Source: an uncultured Monoglobus sp.
GTDB lineage: Bacteria; Bacillota; Clostridia; Monoglobales; Monoglobaceae
NCBI GenBank assembly: GCA_947624495.1
Contig: CANQKP010000001.1
Span: forward strand, 1 to 47,254
Direction: 5' to 3'
Length of the DNA: 47,254 nucleotides
The notes below the pieces were generated by a model. It was not told where the DNA came from. It saw only the letters and a list, made by a program, of their open reading frames with translations, and did no database searches. Positions 26,122 to 34,846 of this stretch are shown one piece after another. The position numbers and the translations under genes are program-made. Position 1 is the stretch's first letter. Each line of letters starts with the position of its first letter.

Positions 26122-26811
26122 TCAATAATCCGTTATAACTATACGGTAAACATCTCCGGAAAGCCCCGCCAGCACCGATATATCACCCTTGGTGTACACC
26201 GAGTAGTCTCCCGCGCCGAACTCCATAAAGCCCGCTCCGAGCAGCGCGTTGCGGTACGCCTGAGCCGTATCCGCGCTCACGCCGGAATAAAAATACGCCT
26301 TGGGAGTACTTGAAACAAAGTCCGGCTCCCTGCCAAACACCGCGGAAAAATCCGGCACGCCGCCGGGCAGACCGGATGCGGACAAAATGTCAGCCCTGCT
26401 TTCCGCCTCGTTCCAGCCGACAGTGCAGCCGAGCGTCTCGGACACAGCCCGAAGGGGAACAAACGCGGTATCCTCGGTAAGCTCAGGCGGCGCGTCAAGA
26501 ATAACGTCAACGCCGTTGACATTCATGACCGGATCTCCGATTTTCATATATATTTCGGTCCCGCCTCTTACTGCGGTTATACCTTGTGCCGCCTCGTCCC
26601 ATTCGACCTCGCAGCCAAGCTCCTCAAATATCCTGCGCATCGGCACCATTGTCCTGTCATTGGAAATATACGGCTGCACGCTAAACTCCAATGCTGTGCC
26701 GTCAATGTATACCGAAACACCGCCGTCAGCCCAAGCCGTGCCGAACATAATCAGACAGGCAAGCAGCGCGGCAGATAAACATCGCCTCATATCAATCAAT
26801 CTCCGGATCAT
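26122..26811 (-). CDS. Secreted copper amine oxidase N-terminal (stalk) domain protein
   Basis: Signal peptide; DRTMVPMRRIFEELG and AFVPLRAVSETLG; start may be 26790. Confidence 0.8.
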   Translation of the reverse strand: MIRRLIDMRRCLSAALLACLIMFGTAWADGGVSVYIDGTALEFSVQPYISNDRTMVPMRRIFEELGCEVEWDEAAQGITAVRGGTEIYMKIGDPVMNVNGVDVILDAPPELTEDTAFVPLRAVSETLGCTVGWNEAESRADILSASGLPGGVPDFSAVFGREPDFVSSTPKAYFYSGVSADTAQAYRNALLGAGFMEFGAGDYSVYTKGDISVLAGLSGDVYRIVITDY

Positions 26812-26813
26812 GC

Positions 26814-28694
26814 TTAAATTATCACTGTGCTGTCGCTCGGCATACGCCAGTCTCCCCTGGGAGACAGCGTTACCGTTCCCACCTTGGGACCGTCCGGAAT
26901 ACAGGAACGCTTGAACTGGTTGGCATAGAACCGTTTATAGAACACGTCGATCCACTTGCTTATCTCAAACTCGGAAAAACGTCCGTCAAACGCCGACCTT
27001 GCCATACGGAATATTTTTGATTTTTCAAATCCGAACCTCAGGAAGTTATAGAGGAAGAAGTCGTGAAGCTCGTAGGGTCCAACCAGATCTTCGGTCACCT
27101 GAGATATTGTCCCGTCCTCCGGCGGCAGCAGCTCCGGGCTGACCGGAGTATCCAAAATATCAAGCAGCGTCGCTTTAAGCTCCGGCTCGCTGCTCTGCGC
27201 CACGTAGTCCACGAGGTACCGGACCAATGTTTTGGGTATCGAGGCGTTGACCCCGTACATCGACATATGGTCGCCGTTATAGGTCGCCCAGCCCAGCGCA
27301 AGCTCGCTCAAATCGCCGGTGCCGACAACAATGCCGCCCGTCTCGCCGGCATAGTCCATAAGCACCTGTGTGCGCTCTCTTGCCTGGGCGTTCTCGTAGG
27401 TCGTGTTGTGATTGTTGATATCCGCGCCTATGTCACGCATATGCACGGTAACCGCCTCGCTTATCGGGATCTCGACAAAATTCGCGCCCACGCCCTCAAT
27501 CAGTTTTTTGGCGTTGTTGTGCGTGCGCTCGGTCGTGCCGAAACACGGCATTGTTATTGCGTTTATACCGTTCTTCGGCAGGTCCAAAAGCTCAAACGCG
27601 CGCACCGTGACCAAAAGCGCCAATGTGCTGTCAAGCCCTCCCGAAATTCCTATCGCCGCGCTTTTCGCGCCGATATGCTCAAGCCGCTTGCGCAGACCCT
27701 GCGCCTGCATGGTGAATATCAGCTCGCAGCGTTCCCTGAGCCTTGACTTGTCATCCGGCACGAACGGACGCGGGTCGAACCTGCGTTCGAGCTTGGTTTC
27801 CTCTTGTTTGAGAGTGAAATATATCCTCTTGTACTCATCGTCATGCAAACAGCGGAACGTACTCATTCTGCGCCGATCAAGAGCAATGCGGTTAATGTCA
27901 ATGTCCGCATATATTATGCCGTTTTTAAACAGCTCCGACTCGCAGAGCTTTGTTCCGTTTTCATAAATCATGTTATGCCCCGCGAAAACCATATCGGTGG
28001 TCGATTCGCCGTCGCCTGCGTCGGCGTACACATAGGCGCACACGCCCTTTGCCGACTGATTGGAGACGATGCCGCGCCGGTAATCCGCCTTTGATATTAC
28101 CTCGTCGCTGGCGGACAGATTAAGTATGACCGAGGCTCCGTTCAGCACATGACCGCTTGAAGGCGGCGCGGTCACCCACAGATCCTCACATATCTCGACC
28201 CCGATCTTCAGGTCGGGTATGTTCTGTGCGCAGAACATCAGCTTGGGTCCCGCGGGGTACTCCCTTCCGTTTATGTTGACCGTTGTGTTCCTGTCAAGCG
28301 CCGCAAAATGCCTCGCCTCGTAAAATTCCGAATAGTTCGGTATTGAGCTTTTGGTCACAAATCCCAGTACCTCGCCGCCTTTTATCACCGCGGCGCAGTT
28401 ATAAAGGCTGCCGTCTATCGGCAGCGGTGTCCCAGCGGCGATAAGGATATCAAGCTCCGCAGCGCGCGCCGCTATATCAAACACCGCGTCTATACTGTTC
28501 TTGATCAGCCTGTCCTGCAGGAACAAGTCTCCGCAGGTATAAGCCGTCAGGCAAAGCTCGGGCAGCACGATTATTTTTGCGCCCTGTCCCGCGGCGGTCT
28601 TAACGCAGTCATATACCTTGTCCGCATTATATCTGACGTCGCCGACCTTTATGCGCGGGGTTGCCGCGGCGACCTTTATAAATCCGTCCTTCAT
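26814..28694 (-). CDS. nadE: Glutamine-dependent NAD+ synthetase
   Basis: Nitrilase domain (LPEL, EICEDLW) plus GISGGLDS, ENAQARER, TGDLSE. Confidence 0.96.
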   Translation of the reverse strand: MKDGFIKVAAATPRIKVGDVRYNADKVYDCVKTAAGQGAKIIVLPELCLTAYTCGDLFLQDRLIKNSIDAVFDIAARAAELDILIAAGTPLPIDGSLYNCAAVIKGGEVLGFVTKSSIPNYSEFYEARHFAALDRNTTVNINGREYPAGPKLMFCAQNIPDLKIGVEICEDLWVTAPPSSGHVLNGASVILNLSASDEVISKADYRRGIVSNQSAKGVCAYVYADAGDGESTTDMVFAGHNMIYENGTKLCESELFKNGIIYADIDINRIALDRRRMSTFRCLHDDEYKRIYFTLKQEETKLERRFDPRPFVPDDKSRLRERCELIFTMQAQGLRKRLEHIGAKSAAIGISGGLDSTLALLVTVRAFELLDLPKNGINAITMPCFGTTERTHNNAKKLIEGVGANFVEIPISEAVTVHMRDIGADINNHNTTYENAQARERTQVLMDYAGETGGIVVGTGDLSELALGWATYNGDHMSMYGVNASIPKTLVRYLVDYVAQSSEPELKATLLDILDTPVSPELLPPEDGTISQVTEDLVGPYELHDFFLYNFLRFGFEKSKIFRMARSAFDGRFSEFEISKWIDVFYKRFYANQFKRSCIPDGPKVGTVTLSPRGDWRMPSDSTVII

Positions 28695-30016
28695 ATCTCG
28701 TCTCCTTTCGCATCAACGCTCATTAAATCAGCGATATTATATCCGTCTCTGTATTCTGTAGGAATGACCGCGGCGGTTTCCCCTTCCATTCCGGGCGGCG
28801 CTTTTACAAGCATCTCGGTATAATCAGCAGCCGTGGCGGTGTACCGTCCGTCTTCCCGCCTCTGCTCAAGCAGCGCTGTTTCGGGAATATTAAGACGGCT
28901 CCTGTAAAACTCTTCCTTCATGCTTTCGGCAAGCTCCAGCATCCTCGCGCTGCGCCGGGTCGAGACTTCATCGCTCACATGGTCGGGCAGCCTTTCGGCA
29001 AGAGTGCCGCGCCGCACCGAATACTTAAATATATGCATACGCATGAACCCAATCGATTTGCAGAAGTTGTAAGACTCCTCAAACTCCGCGTCGGTCTCGC
29101 CCGGAAAGCCCACCATAAGATCGGTGGTTATCGAAACTCCCGGTATCGCCTTTCTGAGCGCAGCGACCGCGGCGGCATACTCATCCGGCGTGTACCGTCT
29201 TTTCATACGCTCAAGCGTTGCTGCGCAGCCGCTCTGGAGCGACATATGAAAGTGGGGGCAGAGATGCTTAAGCTCTTTTGCACGCCCGATAAACTCCGGC
29301 GTGATCACAGGCGGCTCGATCGAACCCAGCCGAATTCGCTCTATGCCTTTTATTTTATCCAGTCTTTCGATAACATCTATCAAAGAAATATTTTCAAGGT
29401 CCATGCCGTAAGAGCCGATATGTATGCCAGTAAGCACGATCTCTCTATAGCCACGCGCGGCAAGAGCTTCCGCCTCTGCGGCAATGTTCCCGATCGGTCT
29501 TGAGCGGACCGGTCCGCGGGCGTACGGGATTATGCAGTAAGCGCAGAAGTTCAGGCAGCCGTCCTCGATTTTTATGTTCGCCCTTATCCTGCTCTGGCTT
29601 TTGGTAACGGGAAACTCCTCGTACTCGCGTTCGCTCAGAATATCGCCGACTATGTCGGACTTCCTGCCCTTAAGCGCCGCCTCTGCAAGCTCCGCGATCC
29701 TGCTTCTGCCGCTGTTACCGATTATTATGTCCGCTCCGATCTTTCTTACCGCTTCCGGCTCTGTCTGTGAAAAGCAGCCCGTCACAGCTATGACCGCACC
29801 GGGGTTCAGCCGTTTTGCGCGGCGGATAGTCTGGCGTGACTTTTTTGCACCCGTACCGGTCACCGTGCAGGTGTTTATGACGCACACATCCGCGGGTCCG
29901 TCACCGTCCGCCGCAACTTTAAAGCCCCGGCTCCTGAAAAGCTCCGCCATTGCCTCGCTCTCGTATATATTCGTCTTGCATCCGAGCGTATAAAACCTTA
30001 CTGTAATATCATTCAC
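28691..30016 (-). CDS. mtaB: tRNA t6A37 methylthiotransferase (radical SAM)
   Basis: TLGCKTNIYESE, NTCTVT, GCLNFCAYCIIPYARG, VGFPGET. Confidence 0.9.
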   Translation of the reverse strand: MNDITVRFYTLGCKTNIYESEAMAELFRSRGFKVAADGDGPADVCVINTCTVTGTGAKKSRQTIRRAKRLNPGAVIAVTGCFSQTEPEAVRKIGADIIIGNSGRSRIAELAEAALKGRKSDIVGDILSEREYEEFPVTKSQSRIRANIKIEDGCLNFCAYCIIPYARGPVRSRPIGNIAAEAEALAARGYREIVLTGIHIGSYGMDLENISLIDVIERLDKIKGIERIRLGSIEPPVITPEFIGRAKELKHLCPHFHMSLQSGCAATLERMKRRYTPDEYAAAVAALRKAIPGVSITTDLMVGFPGETDAEFEESYNFCKSIGFMRMHIFKYSVRRGTLAERLPDHVSDEVSTRRSARMLELAESMKEEFYRSRLNIPETALLEQRREDGRYTATAADYTEMLVKAPPGMEGETAAVIPTEYRDGYNIADLMSVDAKGDEI

Positions 30017-30040
30017 ATCCTCTCAGATAAGCGCGGCGGC

Positions 30041-30964
30041 TCAGTCCTCCGTCCTGATCCCTTCGATAAATTCGGCAAGTATGCCTTCCTTAAGTCCGGC
30101 AGAAGAGATGATCACTCTGTCCGAGCCGAGCTTTTCGATAAGCTCGATCACAGGAGCCGCTCCGGCGGGAACCGTGTCGGTCCTGCCCCGCTCTATTCCC
30201 TCATCGGCGCGCTCCGTCTCGCTCATATCAAGAATTCGCGCATAGGTATCGATGACTGCGTCCGCGTCCATTTCGTGACCGTGCAACGCCGCTCGGTTTA
30301 CTCCCGGCTCGCCGTTTTCGACCACGGCAAGATTAAATATGCTGCCGCCCATTCCGACGATAGGAAGCCCCTCAGCGTCGTCAAGCCAGTGGATCTTGTC
30401 AAGGCAGCTGCTTATATAGCTGTTCATTGCGGACAGGGCTTCCGGAGTTTCGCCCCGGAACAGGAACTGCTCGGTCATGTTGACGGCTCCCACGGGGACA
30501 CTGGTTCTCGCCAGCGGTTCACGGTCGCTGACCAGAATTATCTCGGTACTCCCGCCGCCGGTATCGACTATCACACAGTCGTCGATCTTAAGAGTGGAAA
30601 TAACTCCCAAAAAGTCATACTCCGCCTCCTGTTCGCCCTTTATTACCCGTATATTTATCCCGGTCTCGTCCGCAGCTCTGCGTATAAAACCGGCTCGGTT
30701 GGCGGCGCCCCTGACCGCGGCGGTAGCCACCGCTATAACGTCTTTTACGCCGTGGCTGTCGATTATTTCCTTAAACTCCTTAAGCGCGTCAATGACCCTG
30801 TCCACAGCCTCAGGCTGAAGGTTCCCGTCCGCGGTCATGCCCTCGCTGAGCCTCGCCATTATGCGGCGCCGCTCTAAAAAAGAGTATCCCGCCGCATTTT
30901 CGTCAATGTCGGCGATATCCATTCTAACCGAGTTGGAACCCAAATCTATAACCGCTATCTTCAT
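30041..30964 (-). CDS. ppx: Ppx/GppA family exopolyphosphatase (short form)
   Basis: IDLGSNSVR, ATAAVR, EAEY, DTGGGSTE, GLKEG; ppk1 in the same gene run. Confidence 0.88.
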   Translation of the reverse strand: MKIAVIDLGSNSVRMDIADIDENAAGYSFLERRRIMARLSEGMTADGNLQPEAVDRVIDALKEFKEIIDSHGVKDVIAVATAAVRGAANRAGFIRRAADETGINIRVIKGEQEAEYDFLGVISTLKIDDCVIVDTGGGSTEIILVSDREPLARTSVPVGAVNMTEQFLFRGETPEALSAMNSYISSCLDKIHWLDDAEGLPIVGMGGSIFNLAVVENGEPGVNRAALHGHEMDADAVIDTYARILDMSETERADEGIERGRTDTVPAGAAPVIELIEKLGSDRVIISSAGLKEGILAEFIEGIRTED

Positions 30965-30981
30965 ATCGTTTGTCCTCCTAA

Positions 30982-32526
30982 TCAATTGTTTTTCCAGAGC
31001 GCGTCATACAAAGGCTTTAATCTGCCCGTGTTGCCCATATCCGGCGGGATTGTCATGAGTATGAACCTCTGCATCCTGTCATCTCCGCAGCTAAGCTCGG
31101 CTTTAGCCTGAACCTCTCTTGCGCCCTCGAACATGGACGGCGGATTGACTTTTCCGGAAGTCGTGATAAGCCTGCGCCGCAGGGTCAGCAACTCCTCCAG
31201 AGAAAAGTTTTCGCTGATGCTCCACCTGATCTCCACACGCTCTCCGTTCGCCGCGGTATACTCGGACGGCAGATCTGACGTTACGTTATCAAACCCGCTG
31301 TTTGACCCCGCAAGGTTCGCCAGCGCCTCGCGTATCGCGACAATGTCCTTATCGTCTGTACACGAAATCCTCAGTTCAGGCGCTCCGCTTCCCGACTCCG
31401 CCGAATACAGTCCGACACTGTCGGTCGACTCAGGCGGCGTTTCGGTCCCGTCGATAATGAAGCTCAGCAGCGTTTTGCCCCGGCTCACCGCGTCATATAC
31501 AATATCGGTCACGTCGATCCTGAGTCCGCCGTCGGTCCCTATGCCGTTAAACGTCCTGACCCCGACACGTTCGCCCTCAGGCTGTGCGCCGAATGTGACG
31601 GTCGAGCTGTTCCAGTTGTCGTTTTCCAAATAATACACATTTATTTTCGTGTTTGCCGAGCCGCTGACCGGTCTTAAAAAAATTTCGGCGTTGGTTACCG
31701 CACCGAGTATGTTGCGCAAATCAAGCCCGAATTTTAAATATGCCGCCGAGCCGTTGTCCACCGCCAAAATGCCGTTGTTGCGTTCAAGCAGCTCTGAGGC
31801 TTTGGCGTCAGGCTCCGCTTTTGAAACATATCCGCTGTCGCTCAAAAATGACTTCTTAAGATTAGTTGTGTCGTTATCGGCGACATCGCCCACCGTGATT
31901 TTAAGAAACGGACGCAAGGTCGGGTCCCCGCTTGCGGCTGACGCCAGACGCAGCGGCGAACTGTTGCTGAGGCTCGGACTCAGCTTAAGCGTGATTATCT
32001 TGTCATCATCTCCCGCGGTCCCTCTTATGAACTCCGTAAGGTCGATCTCAAGTGCGCTGCCGCCTGAAGCTCCCGACGCTGTGCAAAGGTACCGCTCCTC
32101 GCCCGTCGGCTTGCTGTTCCATGTCATATCGTCGTTCCAGCTGTCGTTGTCCAAATAGCTTATGTTAAACGAGCAGTCGGTGTTGTCCGGCGGAAACGCT
32201 CCGTTATCTATCACAGCGAGACGCAGCTTGGCGCTGCGCAGATCCGCCCTCTTGACATTGCCGAGGCTCGTCAGGTCGAACTTCATGTACGTGTTCCAGT
32301 AGTTTCCCACGATAAGGCTTTCGTTATCCAGCCTGGCGCGGTTTTTGTTGTCCGCACCGCTGTACACAAAAGTCTCGTCTATAGGCGAGAGGCGGATTAT
32401 GCTGTCCTCGGCAATAACCGGTGCGGCAAAGTAAAAAAGACCGACCGGAACCACGCCCAGCGCAAGCAGCAGCGCAAGGACGCATCCGATTATCTTGCGA
32501 ACAATGCCGATCTCCAAGCCGAACAC
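30982..32526 (-). CDS. Secreted protein with two DNRLRE/CBM96-like domains and a C-terminal Ig-like module
   Basis: Repeated YMKFDL...SAKLRL...W...MTWNSKP...LEIDLT and YLKFGL...NAEIFL...W...VTF..QP...LRIDVT. Confidence 0.62.
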   Translation of the reverse strand: MFGLEIGIVRKIIGCVLALLLALGVVPVGLFYFAAPVIAEDSIIRLSPIDETFVYSGADNKNRARLDNESLIVGNYWNTYMKFDLTSLGNVKRADLRSAKLRLAVIDNGAFPPDNTDCSFNISYLDNDSWNDDMTWNSKPTGEERYLCTASGASGGSALEIDLTEFIRGTAGDDDKIITLKLSPSLSNSSPLRLASAASGDPTLRPFLKITVGDVADNDTTNLKKSFLSDSGYVSKAEPDAKASELLERNNGILAVDNGSAAYLKFGLDLRNILGAVTNAEIFLRPVSGSANTKINVYYLENDNWNSSTVTFGAQPEGERVGVRTFNGIGTDGGLRIDVTDIVYDAVSRGKTLLSFIIDGTETPPESTDSVGLYSAESGSGAPELRISCTDDKDIVAIREALANLAGSNSGFDNVTSDLPSEYTAANGERVEIRWSISENFSLEELLTLRRRLITTSGKVNPPSMFEGAREVQAKAELSCGDDRMQRFILMTIPPDMGNTGRLKPLYDALWKNN

Positions 32527-32542
32527 CGCCTCCCGTTTTATT

Positions 32543-33409
32543 TTATCTTACCTCGTCTTTTGCCGCGACAGCATCACGCTGAAGATCTGCGAGTCTTGAG
32601 TTAAAATCCGACTTAAGCTCGTCCGCACCGTTTATGTATGCACGGCGCAGGTTCAGCAGTGTGTCGTCGCTTTTAAATTTTTCTATTATAGCGTTTATCC
32701 TGCGCGCCATTTGAGAATTTCCGTCGGCAACAGCCACGGAAAAGCTGTGGCGGTCGACGCCCGACTGCCGAACCGCGAACAGCGGGTACTCGGCGGTAAA
32801 CGCCGCCGCGTCGCGGCTGTCGCAGAACATAACGTCGATATCCCCGCGCAGCATCGCGCCGATAAGTTCGTTTGTACCGCGGTACTCGCCTATATTGGTA
32901 AGCCCCAGCTCCGCTGTCAAATACCTGTATGACATTGTTCCGTACACAACCCCCACGCACCTCGCGGAGCTTAAGCTGCCCGTGTCCCTGACATCCTGAT
33001 TGCTGCCGTTGGTGACGATCGACGAATCAATTGTTATATAACTTTTGGTAAAGTCCGCGATCCTGCGCAGCTCATCGCTTATCTCAACGGCTGACACGAC
33101 AATATCCGCCATACCGCAGTTCAGCGAGTTAAGCAGCGTGTCCTCGTTCATTGAATAAAACACGGGCTTAAGCCCCATACTGTCCGCGATAAGCATTCCC
33201 AAAGCCGGGTCAAAACCCAAAAGCTCTCCGTCCCTGCCCGTATAGACAAACGGCTCGTTTTCGGGCGCAGAAGCAATACGCAGCACCGACATATCCGGCT
33301 CGGTCAGCGATTTGCTGTCACTGTCAAAAAGTCCCGCCGGCTCGGCGCAGGCGCAGAGCAGCGTGACGGAAAGTATTAACGCGGCAGCCAGAAAACGCTT
33401 CGGGGTCAT
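32543..33409 (-). CDS. Polar amino acid ABC-type substrate-binding lipoprotein (family 3), no permease nearby
   Basis: Lipobox LCAC; PFVY...GFD..L...IA...GL, GMADIVVS, DFTKSY. Confidence 0.8.
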   Translation of the reverse strand: MTPKRFLAAALILSVTLLCACAEPAGLFDSDSKSLTEPDMSVLRIASAPENEPFVYTGRDGELLGFDPALGMLIADSMGLKPVFYSMNEDTLLNSLNCGMADIVVSAVEISDELRRIADFTKSYITIDSSIVTNGSNQDVRDTGSLSSARCVGVVYGTMSYRYLTAELGLTNIGEYRGTNELIGAMLRGDIDVMFCDSRDAAAFTAEYPLFAVRQSGVDRHSFSVAVADGNSQMARRINAIIEKFKSDDTLLNLRRAYINGADELKSDFNSRLADLQRDAVAAKDEVR

Positions 33410-33454
33410 AAACTGTTCCTCTTTTCGGTTTTAATAAGGCGCACAGAGCCGTCA

Positions 33455-34828
33455 TCATAATCCTATACTCATAATTAACAGCGCTATGTTAAAAAATATA
33501 AAGCATGAAAACGCGTCCATTATCGTTGTGATCAGCGGCTGCGCCATAAGCGCGGGGTCAAGCCCCAAAAGCTTTGCCAGAACCGGCAGCAGCGCGCCGA
33601 GGCACTGTGCAAGCGCCACAATACCTATGAGGCTGAGTCCTGTGGTTATCGACAAAAACAGCGGATTGTCGCCTCTGTACATAATATATATTCTCGCGCT
33701 GTTGACAAGCGCAAGCGTTACGCCGGATATGAGCGCAACGCGCAGCTCGGTAAACAAAATCCTGCCGATATCCCGCGCGCGTATCTCGCCCAACGCAAGA
33801 CCGCGGATTATCATGGTGGAGCTTTGGGAGCCGCAGTTTCCGCCGGTACCCATAAGCATCGGGATAAATCCCACCAAAATCGGCACCGCGGTGAACGCCG
33901 CCTCATAGTTGTTAATTATCGTTCCCGTTACCGTCGCCGACAGCATCAGCAAAAGCAGCCATACAATTCGGTTTTTGGCGTGCTTCCATACGGGTATCTT
34001 GAAGTAGTTCTCATCACTGGGGCTTACCGCGCTCATCTTCTGAATATCCTCGGAATGTTCCTCGCGGATAACATCGATAGCGTCGTCGAACGTTACAATT
34101 CCGACCAGACGGTTTTCCTTGTCAACTACCGGCAGCGAGATAAAGTCGTACTTATCGAACTTGTTCGCAACGTCCTCTCTGTCCTCGGTGGTCTCAACAC
34201 TGATTATATTTGTCTCCATTATTGAGCTGACCGGAGTGTTGTAGGGTGAAAGCAGCAGTTCGCGCACCGACACCAAGCCCAGCAGCTTACGGTTGTCCTC
34301 TATGACGTAACAGGTATATATCGTCTCCTTGTCAACGCCCGTGCGGCGTATCCGCTCAAAAGCGTCCGACACCGTCATGTCGGGACGCAGGCTGACATAC
34401 TCGGTCGTCATAATGCTGCCCGCGCTGTCCTTTGGGTACCGCAGTATTTCGTTGATCGTGTTTCTGGTCTCGCGGTCTGTGTGGCGCAGTATACGCTTGA
34501 CAACATTCGCGGGCATTTCCTCTATAAGGTCAACGGCGTCGTCAACGAAAAGCTCATCTACTACCTCTTTAAGCTCATGCTCGTTAAAGGCGTTGATAAG
34601 CAGCTCCTGCTCGTCGCTGTCCATTTCAACGAACGTCTCAGCCGCCAGCTCTTTCGGCAAGATCCTGAACAGTATCGGGATACGGCTGCGTTCGACCTCC
34701 TCAAGCAGCAGCGCTATATCCGCAGGCTCCATTGACATGAACAGTTCCCTTATTTCACCGAACTTTCGGTCGTTTAATTTTTCGATTATAACCTCCGGCA
34801 TATCCTCCGGTCTTATCGTGTCGGTCAT
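33455..34828 (-). CDS. mgtE: Magnesium transporter MgtE
   Basis: YPKDSAGSIMT, CBS pair, GTGGNCGSQ, DPALMAQPLITTIMD. Confidence 0.95.
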   Translation of the reverse strand: MTDTIRPEDMPEVIIEKLNDRKFGEIRELFMSMEPADIALLLEEVERSRIPILFRILPKELAAETFVEMDSDEQELLINAFNEHELKEVVDELFVDDAVDLIEEMPANVVKRILRHTDRETRNTINEILRYPKDSAGSIMTTEYVSLRPDMTVSDAFERIRRTGVDKETIYTCYVIEDNRKLLGLVSVRELLLSPYNTPVSSIMETNIISVETTEDREDVANKFDKYDFISLPVVDKENRLVGIVTFDDAIDVIREEHSEDIQKMSAVSPSDENYFKIPVWKHAKNRIVWLLLLMLSATVTGTIINNYEAAFTAVPILVGFIPMLMGTGGNCGSQSSTMIIRGLALGEIRARDIGRILFTELRVALISGVTLALVNSARIYIMYRGDNPLFLSITTGLSLIGIVALAQCLGALLPVLAKLLGLDPALMAQPLITTIMDAFSCFIFFNIALLIMSIGL

Positions 34829-34846
34829 AAGGGCACCTTCTTTCTT

